A DNA stretch of 64,000 nucleotides, taken from positions 9,811 to 73,810 of IMG/VR virus record IMGVR_UViG_2806310985_000007; one strand, given 5' to 3'. The notes beneath the pieces were generated by a model, which saw only the letters and a program-made list of their open reading frames with translations, was not told the origin of the DNA and did no database searches. Below, piece after piece: positions 16,395 through 26,168 of the stretch. The translations under genes and the position numbers were made by a program. Source of the DNA: a virus. Taxonomy: Duplodnaviria > Caudoviricetes. Numbering within the stretch: the first letter of the stretch is position 1; each line of letters opens with the position of its first letter.

Positions 16395-17286
16395 ATTATA
16401 AATAAAAATAAAGAAGTTGTTGTTTTTCTTGAATTTAAGACACCCGAGGAACTGAACACACAGGCCAAAATAGATAAGGCTATTAAGCAGGAGATTTCTG
16501 TTGCGCAGGAAATTGGTGCCAAAATCTATGTTGTTGCCGATGGAGATAAATATATTTGGTTGAATCCAACTACTGGAAATTTAATTACGGATGAAAATGG
16601 CACCCCTATTATTAGAAAGATTGATCCAAAGGCAGAGCCAAAGAAACTGGCTGAATTTATTGACCTGGTATCGCTGTCTGTTTCTTCTGAGAATGATACC
16701 ATCCTCAGATTGGAAGATATAGATCCTACCGATTTGGCCAAAAAATTGCCCGCATTTTAAAACGAATGACGTTTGCATCTTCCAAAATGTCTCTATATAC
16801 ATTTGTTGAGGTTTTTCTTTTCAAGTATTTGAGTGATATCAATGTGCTGAAAGATAAAAACTCTTTTAGCTATATTTACAGCTTATATTCTGTAGATGAG
16901 TCTACCCGCTTGACCAACGCAGATATTTTGGGTGCATATTTGGAAGGTCCAAGGGCACAGATGAAAATGCTGTTCCCTGATGGTGAAGATGGTACTACTA
17001 TCGTTAATGGTCAAATCTTTCATGTGAAAAAAGGTGTGGATGGCCACTATATAGAGGAAGATGCTCATGCCATGTGTTTTAAAAACATTATGGATGAGTT
17101 TTATTCCTATGAGAAAGAAAATGGGAAGTTTATCAACATCAGTAAAGACTTTAAGTCAAAGCTGTTCGAAACTTTTATGAAAAACAGTGATGACAAGTCT
17201 GATATGGGACAGTTCTTTACACCGCTAAAAATTGTCAGAGAAATGGTGAATATGGTCACTATTTCTAACGGCATGAAGATCTGTGA
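16395..17286 (+). pseudogene. Internal fragment of a fused restriction endonuclease / N6-adenine methyltransferase gene (type IIG / HsdM-like)
   Basis: IINKNKEVVVFLEFK..., frameshift at A6 16740-16745, LFKYLSD, LFETF, GQFFTP..IV; similarity ends at GMKIC just before the expected DPACG. Confidence 0.8.
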
Positions 17287-17339
17287 AATAATCTTACTGA
17301 GTTTAATACAATGCCGTGGAATAATTAAAAAGTGTTCCT

Positions 17340-17374
17340 TTGCGGTGTAAAATCAGTCGTTGCGGTGTAAAATC
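17340..17374 (+). repeat. Direct repeat TTGCGGTGTAAAATC x2
   Basis: Copies at 17340-17354 and 17360-17374, about 55 bp inside the presumed att junction. Confidence 0.85.
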
Positions 17375-17400
17375 CGAAACGGCTGTTTTTATATGCACAG

Positions 17401-17435
17401 AAAAGCTCCTCACCGCCGTAATGGTAGTGAGGAGT
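17401..17435 (-). terminator. Terminator after the recombinase operon
   Basis: CTCCTCACTACC/GGCGGTGAGGAG + CTTTT. Confidence 0.7.
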
Positions 17436-17448
17436 ATCTTTTTTATCC

Positions 17449-19020
17449 TTATGCTTTAATTTCCTGCCCGTCCTTAAAAGCAAACCGCACATCGTCCCTG
17501 GCATAGACTGTTACATAATCAATCAGCCCGCACCAGAGGGCAGGGTCAAATTTCTCCATCGGGTCAGCCTGCGCCAGCGTGTCCAGAAAGGCGTCGATTG
17601 CCGCCCGTCTGGATTTCTTGTCGGCAAGCGCGGCTTCAATTTCCTCCAGCCGAGCCTTCGCGGTATCGAAACGGGTGGTGAGACCGTCATAGCGTTTCTG
17701 ATATTCCGTTTGGTCGAGCGCCACATGAGCGTTTTCGTAGATGCATTTTTCGATAAGGTCTGAGACGACCATGATCTCATCCTGCAGTTCTGCGACTTCG
17801 GTTTCCAGTGCAGATGTGTCGAAAGCAACGTCCAGCGAATTTCGGAGCGGCGAGATAATCGCCGCTTTTTTGCCAATCAGCTTGTTTGCCGCTGAGACAA
17901 ACATCGCTTTAATTTCATCCTCCGTCAAGTGCGGCGTGGAGCATTTTTCCTCGCCGTCATACTTATGATTGCACTGCCAGATAACCCGGCGGTATTTGCT
18001 GTTGGAATGCCAGACCTTCGAGCCGTACCACTCGCCGCATTGTCCGCAGCGTATCTTACCGGAGAAAAGATGGACGCCGCTGTGTCGCCCACGGCTGCTT
18101 TTTCTACGCTCCAGTTCCTGCTGAACCAGCTCAAACACCTCCGGCTGGATGATGGCTTCGTGGTTGCCCTCCACATAGTACTGCGGAATCTCTCCCTCGT
18201 TGACCTTTTTCTTTTTGGTGAGGAAATCCACCGTGTAGCTCTTTTGAAGAAGCGCATCGCCTTTGTATTTCTCATTGGTGAGGATGCTGCGAACAGCTCC
18301 TGCGTTCCATTTATCCTTGCCGCCCGGCGATTTAATGCCGTCAGCGGTTAGCCTGGCGGCAATGCCGTGCGGCGTCATGCCTTGCAGGAACATACTGTAA
18401 ATGCGGCGGATGATAACCGCTTCGTCCTTGTTCAAAACCAGATTGCCGTCAGGACCCCGGTCGTAGCCGAGAAACCGTTTGAATGGCACGGTGACCTTCC
18501 CGTCAGCAAACCGTTTTCTCTGTCCCCATGTACAGTTCTCGGAAATGCTGCGGCTTTCCTCCTGTGCCAGTGAGGACATGATGGTAATAAGTAGTTCTCC
18601 CTTGCTGTCCAGGGTCCAGATGTTTTCTTTTTCAAAATAGATCTCCACGCCTTTTTCCTTGAGCTGGCGCACCGTGGTCAGACTATCTACCGTATTGCGG
18701 GCGAATCGGCTGACCGATTTGGTGACGATGAGGTCTATCTTGCCAGCCAGTGCATCCGCCACCATGCGTTTGAATCCCTCGCGGTGCTTGGTATTCGTAC
18801 CCGTTATGCCCTCGTCCGTATACACGGAAACAAACTCCCAATCGTCCCGGCTTTTGATATAGTTGGTGTAATAGTCCACCTGGGCGCTGTAGCTGGTGAG
18901 CTGCTCCTCGCTGTCCGTGGAAACACGGGCGTAGGCGGCGGTGCGGCGCTTTTTCTTTTCATTGATCGGCGTTGCCGTGAATCGGCTTATCGTCGCCGGT
19001 ATTGTCGTTACTTTCGCCAC
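17449..19020 (-). CDS. Large serine recombinase
   Basis: AAYARVST, TKSVSRFARN, recombinase domain, CGQCG zinc ribbon, coiled coil. Confidence 0.95.
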   Translation of the reverse strand: MAKVTTIPATISRFTATPINEKKKRRTAAYARVSTDSEEQLTSYSAQVDYYTNYIKSRDDWEFVSVYTDEGITGTNTKHREGFKRMVADALAGKIDLIVTKSVSRFARNTVDSLTTVRQLKEKGVEIYFEKENIWTLDSKGELLITIMSSLAQEESRSISENCTWGQRKRFADGKVTVPFKRFLGYDRGPDGNLVLNKDEAVIIRRIYSMFLQGMTPHGIAARLTADGIKSPGGKDKWNAGAVRSILTNEKYKGDALLQKSYTVDFLTKKKKVNEGEIPQYYVEGNHEAIIQPEVFELVQQELERRKSSRGRHSGVHLFSGKIRCGQCGEWYGSKVWHSNSKYRRVIWQCNHKYDGEEKCSTPHLTEDEIKAMFVSAANKLIGKKAAIISPLRNSLDVAFDTSALETEVAELQDEIMVVSDLIEKCIYENAHVALDQTEYQKRYDGLTTRFDTAKARLEEIEAALADKKSRRAAIDAFLDTLAQADPMEKFDPALWCGLIDYVTVYARDDVRFAFKDGQEIKA

Positions 19021-20725
19021 GTTTTTCCCTCCATCTCTGTATCATTACTTCTCGCATATGCTGTTTTCGCTCCTCTGTATGCCGGGGCATCTTCCGCTTG
19101 TTTTCCCATGCCGTCTCGAAGGTATGCCCGTCAAAGAAGCGGATGGAAAGCTGATATGGAGCCGTGATGTGAATGCAGACAATCTGCTCACGGAAAACCG
19201 TCTCACTAAATTCCTCCAGACCCATAGCGTCCGCACAGAGGTTTTTGAGGGCATCTTCCTTGATGCTGGGGCTTTGGCATTTTCCGCCTGACGCACATCG
19301 CCATACGGAATCAAAGCTGCCGTCTTTGTGCCGTGAACGCTGCCTGCGGTAGTTCTCGCCGCAGCTGTCGCAACGAACGCGGCTGGTAAAGCAGGAAGTG
19401 TTGGGGCCGAGCTGATGCTCCTGCACATACCGTCCCTTGGCGGCTCTGCGCTCATCCGTCCAGCAGTCCTTCCGCATGGTGGATTCCCAGTGGTGCGGAA
19501 CGATGCGGCCATCCTTAAAATAGAAAATCATCTCATTCGGAGCAGGAATCTCAATGTGGTCGATCTGCTCTGAAAAGATGATTTCATCAAACGTATCCAG
19601 TCCCATGACTTCAGCGCAGGCATCTTTGAGCATCTGCTCCGGGATGTCCTTGTTTTGACAATGCGCATTCCCGGTCTTTCTTCGGGTACCGCAGACCCAG
19701 ATGGTGTAGTTGGCATTAGGGTCTTTTCTCCCCTTGCGGTTAGACCGCTGATAGCTCTTTCCGCACCGGCCGCACTTGATTTTGCTGGTAAAGCAGGAGG
19801 TGTTAATGCTCCAGTTTGCCAAGGCGCCAAGCTCACGACGGCGCGCTTTCTCGGCCTGCACCGCCTGGTAGACCTCCATTGGAATGATGGCTTCGTGGGT
19901 GTTCTCCACGAAATACTGCGGCAGCTCCCCGCGGTTGATCCTGCTTTTCTTGCTGATGGGGTCTGCCACATATTCCTTCTGGAACAGAAGGTTGCCCGTA
20001 TAAGTGATATTTCCGAGGATCTGCCGTATGGAAGTGTTACCGAAATGCTGTCCCTTATAGGATTTTACACCCATCTCGGCAAGCTGCTTTTCTGTGGTCT
20101 CCGCCGACAAACCGTTCATGTAATTGTCGTAGATGAGCCGAACGATTTTTGCCTCCTCCTCATGGATGACCAGATGATCGCCCTCCCAGCGGTACCCATA
20201 GATTTGAAAGCGGCCGTTGGGGATACCTTTTTCAAATCGTTTCCGGGTACCCCATTTGACGTTGTCCGACAGGCTGCGTATTTCTTCCTGAGCAAAGGAT
20301 GCTAAGAGGGTCAGCATCAACTCGCCGTCCTCGGTGAGGGAGTCGATGCGCTCCTTTTCAAACTGTACGGAAACGCCCAGCTCCTTGAGCCTGCGCACCG
20401 TATTCAACAGGTCAACGGTATTGCGCGCGAAACGGGAAATGCTCTTTGTCAGAACAATGTCGATTTTTCCGGCTTCGCAGTCGGCAATCATCCGATTGAA
20501 CTCTTCACGGGCTTCGGTTTTGGTGCCGGTTATTCCGTTATCGGCATATACGCCCACATATTCCCAGGCGGGATTGCTCTGAATCAAACTGCTGTAAAAG
20601 CTGACCTGTGCCGAAAGGGAGTGCTGCAGCCGCTCGGACTCCATTGAGACTCTTGCGTAGGCAGCGACCCTTTTGCGGCGCGGTATCTGCGGTGTTTTCG
20701 CTTCGATTTTATTTACAATCCGCAT
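18959..20725 (-). CDS. Large serine recombinase with duplicated zinc-ribbon domain
   Basis: AAYARVS, TKSISRFARN; TSCFTSKIKCGRCG and TSCFTSRVRCDSCG. Confidence 0.95.
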   Translation of the reverse strand: MRIVNKIEAKTPQIPRRKRVAAYARVSMESERLQHSLSAQVSFYSSLIQSNPAWEYVGVYADNGITGTKTEAREEFNRMIADCEAGKIDIVLTKSISRFARNTVDLLNTVRRLKELGVSVQFEKERIDSLTEDGELMLTLLASFAQEEIRSLSDNVKWGTRKRFEKGIPNGRFQIYGYRWEGDHLVIHEEEAKIVRLIYDNYMNGLSAETTEKQLAEMGVKSYKGQHFGNTSIRQILGNITYTGNLLFQKEYVADPISKKSRINRGELPQYFVENTHEAIIPMEVYQAVQAEKARRRELGALANWSINTSCFTSKIKCGRCGKSYQRSNRKGRKDPNANYTIWVCGTRRKTGNAHCQNKDIPEQMLKDACAEVMGLDTFDEIIFSEQIDHIEIPAPNEMIFYFKDGRIVPHHWESTMRKDCWTDERRAAKGRYVQEHQLGPNTSCFTSRVRCDSCGENYRRQRSRHKDGSFDSVWRCASGGKCQSPSIKEDALKNLCADAMGLEEFSETVFREQIVCIHITAPYQLSIRFFDGHTFETAWENKRKMPRHTEERKQHMREVMIQRWREKRGESNDNTGDDKPIHGNADQ

Positions 20726-20768
20726 GAAATCACTCCTTTCCGACACTATATATCACTCTGAAAGCCGA

Positions 20769-20945
20769 TTATATCAAGTCATTTTCCGATAATAATGTAC
20801 CCAAAGATGGCGAGAACTCAGCCCTCAGATTTGTATCAATTACGGCATATTCCTCCTCGCTCAGAAGCCCCTTTTCCCGGAGATTCTTTGCGATGGAGAG
20901 GGCGGCAAGGTAGCTCATTTCAGAACGGAATTTGTCCTCACTCAT
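20769..20945 (-). CDS. Small SHOCT-like protein (58 aa)
   Basis: MSEDKF...LREKGLLSEEEY; GGCGGTGA SD; typical partner of such recombinase pairs. Confidence 0.7.
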   Translation of the reverse strand: MSEDKFRSEMSYLAALSIAKNLREKGLLSEEEYAVIDTNLRAEFSPSLGTLLSENDLI

Positions 20946-21360
20946 GCCCGTCACCGCCTTTGTAGCGGTCTGCGATATAGCAGGCGTGAGAGCAGTATTT
21001 TCTTTTTGCGTTGCCGTAGGCAGTGAAGGGCTTTCCGCAGTGAGCGCAGGTGAAGTGGTATATGGCTCTGCGGTTGACCTTTTCCGGGTGTGCATTCCAC
21101 CAGGCGGTACGGCAGTTATCCGAGCAGAACTTAACTCGCTTTCTGCCGGTAGTCTGCGTAAGCAAAGCGCCGCACTGTGGGCAGAATCCGGCGTCCAGTT
21201 CAATGCGGCTGTTATCCGCAGCCTTTGTGCCGGTCAGCCCCATCTTCCGGCAGAATGCGACAACGGTATCTTTCTTCAGTCCCACCGCCTTGGCGATGGT
21301 GGCGTATCCATATCCCTGTGAGCGTAGGGCGGTAATCTGTTCTTTTTGCTGATTTGTCAT
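20938..21360 (-). CDS. HTH plus zinc-finger protein
   Basis: N-terminal HTH (GYATIAKAVGL), two CxxC...CSxxC modules. Confidence 0.8.
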   Translation of the reverse strand: MTNQQKEQITALRSQGYGYATIAKAVGLKKDTVVAFCRKMGLTGTKAADNSRIELDAGFCPQCGALLTQTTGRKRVKFCSDNCRTAWWNAHPEKVNRRAIYHFTCAHCGKPFTAYGNAKRKYCSHACYIADRYKGGDGHE

Positions 21361-21479
21361 TGTGGCTCCTCCGTTCCGAGGGTTTCCCTCAATGACCCAT
21401 CTGGACAAGGTAGCCCGTTTTGGCCGAAAAAATACGCCCACCGAACCGTCATGGCTCGATGGGCATTCAGCAGGTTAAG

Positions 21480-22418
21480 TTATTTAATTTTGGCTGCGTA
21501 GTCAAGCGAGATCCAACCTGCGCCGCTCTTCAAGCGTCCCCAGCCCGTCGTGGAGCCCTTGCCGGACTTCACCTCAACGATGGTGAATACCCCTTTTCCG
21601 GTAAACTTACCGGTCTTGGCGTAGTCTGTTCCCGGTCCTTTTCGGATATTGAGGTCGGAGATGCTGACCTTTACGAGGAACGGAACCTCTGCGGCTATTG
21701 TTTTCGATGTATAGATGTTTACACCGTTTACATCAAACACACTATATCCCGGATTGGCATCAGCGCACTTCTTGGCGTTGGAGAGGATCTTGTATGCGCC
21801 TTTCTGCGACTTGCTGTCAGACCAGGTTTTGCGGACACGGTAAAGCTGCGTGGTTACAGTAGGAGTATCAGCTGAACCGCCAAGCTGTGCCGTGACCTTT
21901 TCCGCCAGATCGCCCATCCTGGCATACATCCAGTTTCCGGGGCAGGACTTGTTAGCAAACCAGCGATGCACCGTCAGCACCATCTCATCGGACTTCGGCT
22001 CATATGAGAGCGTCTTGTCCTTATCGCCAAGCCACAGGAGCTTTTTCTTGCCGTTTCTCTTGCAGATGTCTACGCAAAGGGTGATCAGCTTCTGGTAGAC
22101 CACATCCTTAAAGGCATACGGCTCTGTGGTGTCGGATGCGCATTCGATGGTGATGGCCCGCTGATCGTTGGCGCTGGAAGAGGAACACCAGGAGCGGTTT
22201 TTCTCCTCCACATACATACCTACACGACCGTCCACGCCGATGCCGTAGTTGCAGCTTGCCTGTCTGGAAGTCGGAAGAAAGATATTCCCCAGTGTCTCCA
22301 CCGAGCATTGCCCCACCACACAGTGGGGCGTGATGCGGTCGATGGAGTGCGTCCTCTGCCCGGAGTGGTTGGGGCTGAGTTTTGTGTAAGATACCAATGA
22401 ACTGTTCGTATAAGCCAT
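21480..22418 (-). CDS. Endolysin: N-acetylmuramoyl-L-alanine amidase + SH3b
   Basis: ITPHCVVG, ITIECA, HRWFANKSCPG; C-terminal LNIRKGPGT...GWISL. Confidence 0.92.
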   Translation of the reverse strand: MAYTNSSLVSYTKLSPNHSGQRTHSIDRITPHCVVGQCSVETLGNIFLPTSRQASCNYGIGVDGRVGMYVEEKNRSWCSSSSANDQRAITIECASDTTEPYAFKDVVYQKLITLCVDICKRNGKKKLLWLGDKDKTLSYEPKSDEMVLTVHRWFANKSCPGNWMYARMGDLAEKVTAQLGGSADTPTVTTQLYRVRKTWSDSKSQKGAYKILSNAKKCADANPGYSVFDVNGVNIYTSKTIAAEVPFLVKVSISDLNIRKGPGTDYAKTGKFTGKGVFTIVEVKSGKGSTTGWGRLKSGAGWISLDYAAKIK

Positions 22419-22419
22419 A

Positions 22420-22839
22420 TTATTCGTCCTCCTTTTCGTTTTCCGCTCTGTCATGGAGCTGCTCCAATACTGCTTTCAGCTTTTCCGGGATGGGCAGTCC
22501 AAGGTGTGCGACGTTCTCAATAATGCTCACGCCCTCGTTGGACAGATAAAAGAAGATCACTGCCGTGCGCAGTACAGAGCCTGTTCCAATGACCTGCACG
22601 TCCAGGATGTGGGCGATCCCCACCAGCAGGAAGATCAGCACCTTGCGGCAGATACCCTTGAATCCCACCTGGCTGTTGAGCTTCTTGTCCGATACGGCAC
22701 ACATTACGCCCGTGATGTAGTCCGCTACTGCAAACACCACAAGGGCGATAAGCAGCCCGTCGTTGCCGCCAAGGAAGTAGCCAAGCCACCCTCCCACAGC
22801 GGTGAACACCATCTGGATCACATTCCAAAATTCCTTCAT
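22420..22839 (-). CDS. Phage holin (Phage_holin_4 type)
   Basis: DYITG, GFKGI.RK, NEGVSI.EN..LGLPIP. Confidence 0.92.
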   Translation of the reverse strand: MKEFWNVIQMVFTAVGGWLGYFLGGNDGLLIALVVFAVADYITGVMCAVSDKKLNSQVGFKGICRKVLIFLLVGIAHILDVQVIGTGSVLRTAVIFFYLSNEGVSIIENVAHLGLPIPEKLKAVLEQLHDRAENEKEDE

Positions 22840-22916
22840 GTTGTTTACCTCCTCTTGGTTCTGTGTATGAAAAAAGCGGCCACCCCGCAGGATAGTCGCT
22901 GATTCCCAAAGTATAT

Positions 22917-25385
22917 TTAAATCTGCTTCGGCAGATATTCCCACAGCCGCATATCCTCCTGACCCAGGGACCACATACACATCCCCCGTAGTTTCCAGCG
23001 GTATGCCGCCTGGTTCGCCCAATAGACAAGGGAGTCCACGTCCTGGTAGTAAAGGATGGAGAATCCGTCCGCATCGCCGAGGAACAGCCGGGATATCCAG
23101 ATGTTGATGTCCTTTGGTATGATCCTCGCCGTGTAATTCCCGCCGCAGGAAATCTCCAGAAGGTCAGAGTGGAAAAAGTCGTAGTCCAGCGAAATGTCCT
23201 CGCTCCGGGTAGAGGATTCCTCCACGTCGGAGGTCAGCGTGAATACCTGGAACTCCTCATCCCAGGTGCAGCTTGAGCGGGATATCCTGCCGTAGCTTTT
23301 AAAGCTGCCGTCCGGCATCTGAACATCAAACCGTTCATACGGCTCGTATGTCCAGGCGTCCCCCAGACGCAAAAGTTCGCATACGGTCGCATTGTCCGAG
23401 CGGTATCCGGCATAGCCTCCTGTAAAGCCGCTGACCGCTGCCGTAAAGCGCAGGGTGTAGGAGGAGCCGGAATACACCCGCACCCGGTTCCCTCGGATAC
23501 GCATCTCCACCGTGTACATGGATGGATTGTCCCGCAGATCCGCCGATGCGGTTCTTGCGATCTCCTGGCTGTAGCTGCCAAGGAGTGTGGAGCCATTGTA
23601 TAGCTCCACCGCCTGGGTATCGTAGTTCAGACAGCAGAACAGGCTGCCGCAGAACACACCCGCCCTGCCGCTGCCATTTGCCGGGAATGCCAGCCTTGCC
23701 CGAAGATGCAGCTCGGAAAAGCCGTCATAGTTCCAGGCAAGCTCTCCTTTACCCTCAAGCTGGGAGTAGACACGCTCCATCGAGTATTCATCCGAGCGCC
23801 ATACCTTCCATGAGCCGGAGCGCACCGTCCAGTAGTCTGTCTCCAGCACGCCGTAATCCCGGAAATCCTCGTACCAGACAAGTGCGGAGTCAGGCTTTCT
23901 GCGGAGCATCTCCAATGTCAGCTTGAAGCCCTTATCGGGAACCGCCATGTTGCCGTCCACGTCCTTAAAGCTCCTGGGCGCAAGGGCAAAGATCGCTTCT
24001 CCGGCGGAGGGCTCCTCAGAGAAACCGGAGCAGACACGGAAGCCGTAAAACTGCACGCCTTTGACATCCACCGAGATCGTAATGGTATGCGTCCCGGCGG
24101 AAAGCGTTACGCCACCGGCAAGGGAAGTCCAGAAGGTACTCCGCCAGTACGGCCACCACAGGCGGCTTTCCGTGAAATATTTTGTGCTGCCGTCCAGAGC
24201 CACATAGATGCCGTTCTTGTCCCAGAAGGGATAGCAGAGCCGCACCGCCACATCGTAGGTTCCCGCCGACTCCACCTTAAAGCTGTAGGTCACCGAACCG
24301 TTATCGCCAAGGGTGGCGATGCCGTTTTCAATGGAGACGATGCCGGATGCAGAGGAATAATTGCCGGCGTCCCGGTCGATGTATATCGTTCCGAACTCTG
24401 TCTTCTGCTCTTTGCCGTAGGCAGTCAGATATCGCCTGCGGTTGTATGTCCCCACAAGCTGGGGATACTCACGGGAAACGGCGTCCGCCCCTTCCATGTA
24501 GTCATAGACATGGGGAAAGGCATAGGGTACCTTATCGTAATCGTCCCAATAGGCCACGATGGGGAGAAAGGGCTGCGGCGGCGCATCGTCCGTGAAATTG
24601 TAGCCTCCCGTCATCCACAGCTTGGCGGCATAGTAGGTGTTGGACGTTCCCCGGTAGGTTCTGCCAAGGTTCTCCGGCGTGTCGTAGATCTGCCAGTTCC
24701 AGCCATAGGCAGGCATACCGAGAAAGATCTTATTCGGGTCCATGACCCTCGTGGCGTAATCGTAGATGCCCTCCAGCCAGCTTCTTGGGGAAACCGGACC
24801 CGGTGCGGAGCCTGCCCATGCCATGCCGTAGGACATGATGGACGCGGTATCGCAGTAAGCGTCCAAGTCGCCGTAAACGCACCAGTTCTCACCGCCCACC
24901 GAGCCGTTGACGGAAGTCATCCCCGGCAGGCAGATGTTCATGTGCTTTGCGGGGTCATAGGCTTTCACCGTATTGTAGATATTGCGGAACATCGCCGTGG
25001 ACTCTGCGTGGGTGGAATAGCCGTCCCCACGTTCCAGGTCGATGTCAATGCCATCGCACCAGGGATACTTCTCCATGATGCGGATGATCTCCGAGAGGAA
25101 CATCTCCTGCGCCCCGTTTGTGTTGTCCCGCAGGGCGCGGAAGATGCTGTTTGCGCCATCGTTGGCCACGGTCAAAAGCCACTTGATATGGGGCCACCTG
25201 TTGATGTAGGTGAGCATATCAGAGATCGCCACACCGCTTTCATAGATTTCTCCGGTCGCTCTTACTTTAAAGGAGAACAGCCCGATCTGGCTGATGCGGT
25301 CGCCGTAATCCCGCAGGGCTTCGTACATCCGGGCGTTGCCCATGAACGTCCATACCATGATCTGTTTGCCTTTTAATGTGTCCAT
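22917..25385 (-). CDS. Glycoside hydrolase family 18 protein with C-terminal beta-sandwich domains
   Basis: DGIDIDLE, IMSY, LGMPAYG, C-terminal GMCMWSLGQED. Confidence 0.85.
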   Translation of the reverse strand: MDTLKGKQIMVWTFMGNARMYEALRDYGDRISQIGLFSFKVRATGEIYESGVAISDMLTYINRWPHIKWLLTVANDGANSIFRALRDNTNGAQEMFLSEIIRIMEKYPWCDGIDIDLERGDGYSTHAESTAMFRNIYNTVKAYDPAKHMNICLPGMTSVNGSVGGENWCVYGDLDAYCDTASIMSYGMAWAGSAPGPVSPRSWLEGIYDYATRVMDPNKIFLGMPAYGWNWQIYDTPENLGRTYRGTSNTYYAAKLWMTGGYNFTDDAPPQPFLPIVAYWDDYDKVPYAFPHVYDYMEGADAVSREYPQLVGTYNRRRYLTAYGKEQKTEFGTIYIDRDAGNYSSASGIVSIENGIATLGDNGSVTYSFKVESAGTYDVAVRLCYPFWDKNGIYVALDGSTKYFTESRLWWPYWRSTFWTSLAGGVTLSAGTHTITISVDVKGVQFYGFRVCSGFSEEPSAGEAIFALAPRSFKDVDGNMAVPDKGFKLTLEMLRRKPDSALVWYEDFRDYGVLETDYWTVRSGSWKVWRSDEYSMERVYSQLEGKGELAWNYDGFSELHLRARLAFPANGSGRAGVFCGSLFCCLNYDTQAVELYNGSTLLGSYSQEIARTASADLRDNPSMYTVEMRIRGNRVRVYSGSSYTLRFTAAVSGFTGGYAGYRSDNATVCELLRLGDAWTYEPYERFDVQMPDGSFKSYGRISRSSCTWDEEFQVFTLTSDVEESSTRSEDISLDYDFFHSDLLEISCGGNYTARIIPKDINIWISRLFLGDADGFSILYYQDVDSLVYWANQAAYRWKLRGMCMWSLGQEDMRLWEYLPKQI

Positions 25386-25969
25386 TAGAGCAGAGCACCT
25401 CCATCCTGCATTTCCTGCATCTCAAACAATACCCGTGCTGTTTTTCCCTCCGCAAGCGTCACCCTGTGCTTGGAATCCCAGGCGGCGCTGTACTGGTAGA
25501 AGCCCTCTTTTTTCTCCGGGCTGCCGTTTCTGGTGCATTCCCGTGTGGATGCCAGAAGAGCAAGGTCATCTTCCGCAGAGAGCGCACCCGGAAAAGAAAC
25601 CTTCTGGCCGCCCACACCCTGGGCCAGTTTGACCGAGCCGCCCTCCATATCCGACTTGGGATAGAGATGCACATCCAGCCCTGCGGAGGTCTGCCCAAGA
25701 TTAAAGAGGATGACCGTTTCCTCGCCCCGCACCACGCCGTTGAACCAGACGGGCGCCTTGACCTCGCCGTTCTCCCGGAACTTTTGGAGGAACACCTCGG
25801 TGTGGGGCGTGTATCCCGTCAGGGCAGCGCCTTCCTGCAATTGCAGGTCAGTAAAATAAATCGTGCCGGAGCAGTCCGTGATGGTAGGCTTCACGGTGAC
25901 GCTTACGACACGCATATCCTGTTTCCGGTTAATGACCTCCGCCAGCCGGATAAAAGCGACCTTACCCAT
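25385..25969 (-). CDS. Tail-associated hypothetical protein
   Basis: Operonic; GTIYFTDLQLQEG. Confidence 0.75.
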   Translation of the reverse strand: MGKVAFIRLAEVINRKQDMRVVSVTVKPTITDCSGTIYFTDLQLQEGAALTGYTPHTEVFLQKFRENGEVKAPVWFNGVVRGEETVILFNLGQTSAGLDVHLYPKSDMEGGSVKLAQGVGGQKVSFPGALSAEDDLALLASTRECTRNGSPEKKEGFYQYSAAWDSKHRVTLAEGKTARVLFEMQEMQDGGALL

Positions 25970-26159
25970 CCAGCGTCCACTTCATCTCACAGGGATGGCC
26001 TACCCATCCCGTGGCCACCGCCCCTGCCTGCAGGAGGATGTCCGTGATATAAAGAATCCCGGTGCAGTTGGTGATGCATACCCGCACCGTGATGGATTTG
26101 ACCCTGGCGGAGTAATTCTCCGGCATGATTTTGGCGGAGGTGGATGATAAATACGCCAT
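25962..26159 (-). CDS. Small tail-associated protein
   Basis: GILYITDILLQAG, similar to the next gene's N-terminus; GGAGG SD. Confidence 0.7.
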   Translation of the reverse strand: MAYLSSTSAKIMPENYSARVKSITVRVCITNCTGILYITDILLQAGAVATGWVGHPCEMKWTLDG

Positions 26160-26168
26160 AGCTGCCTC

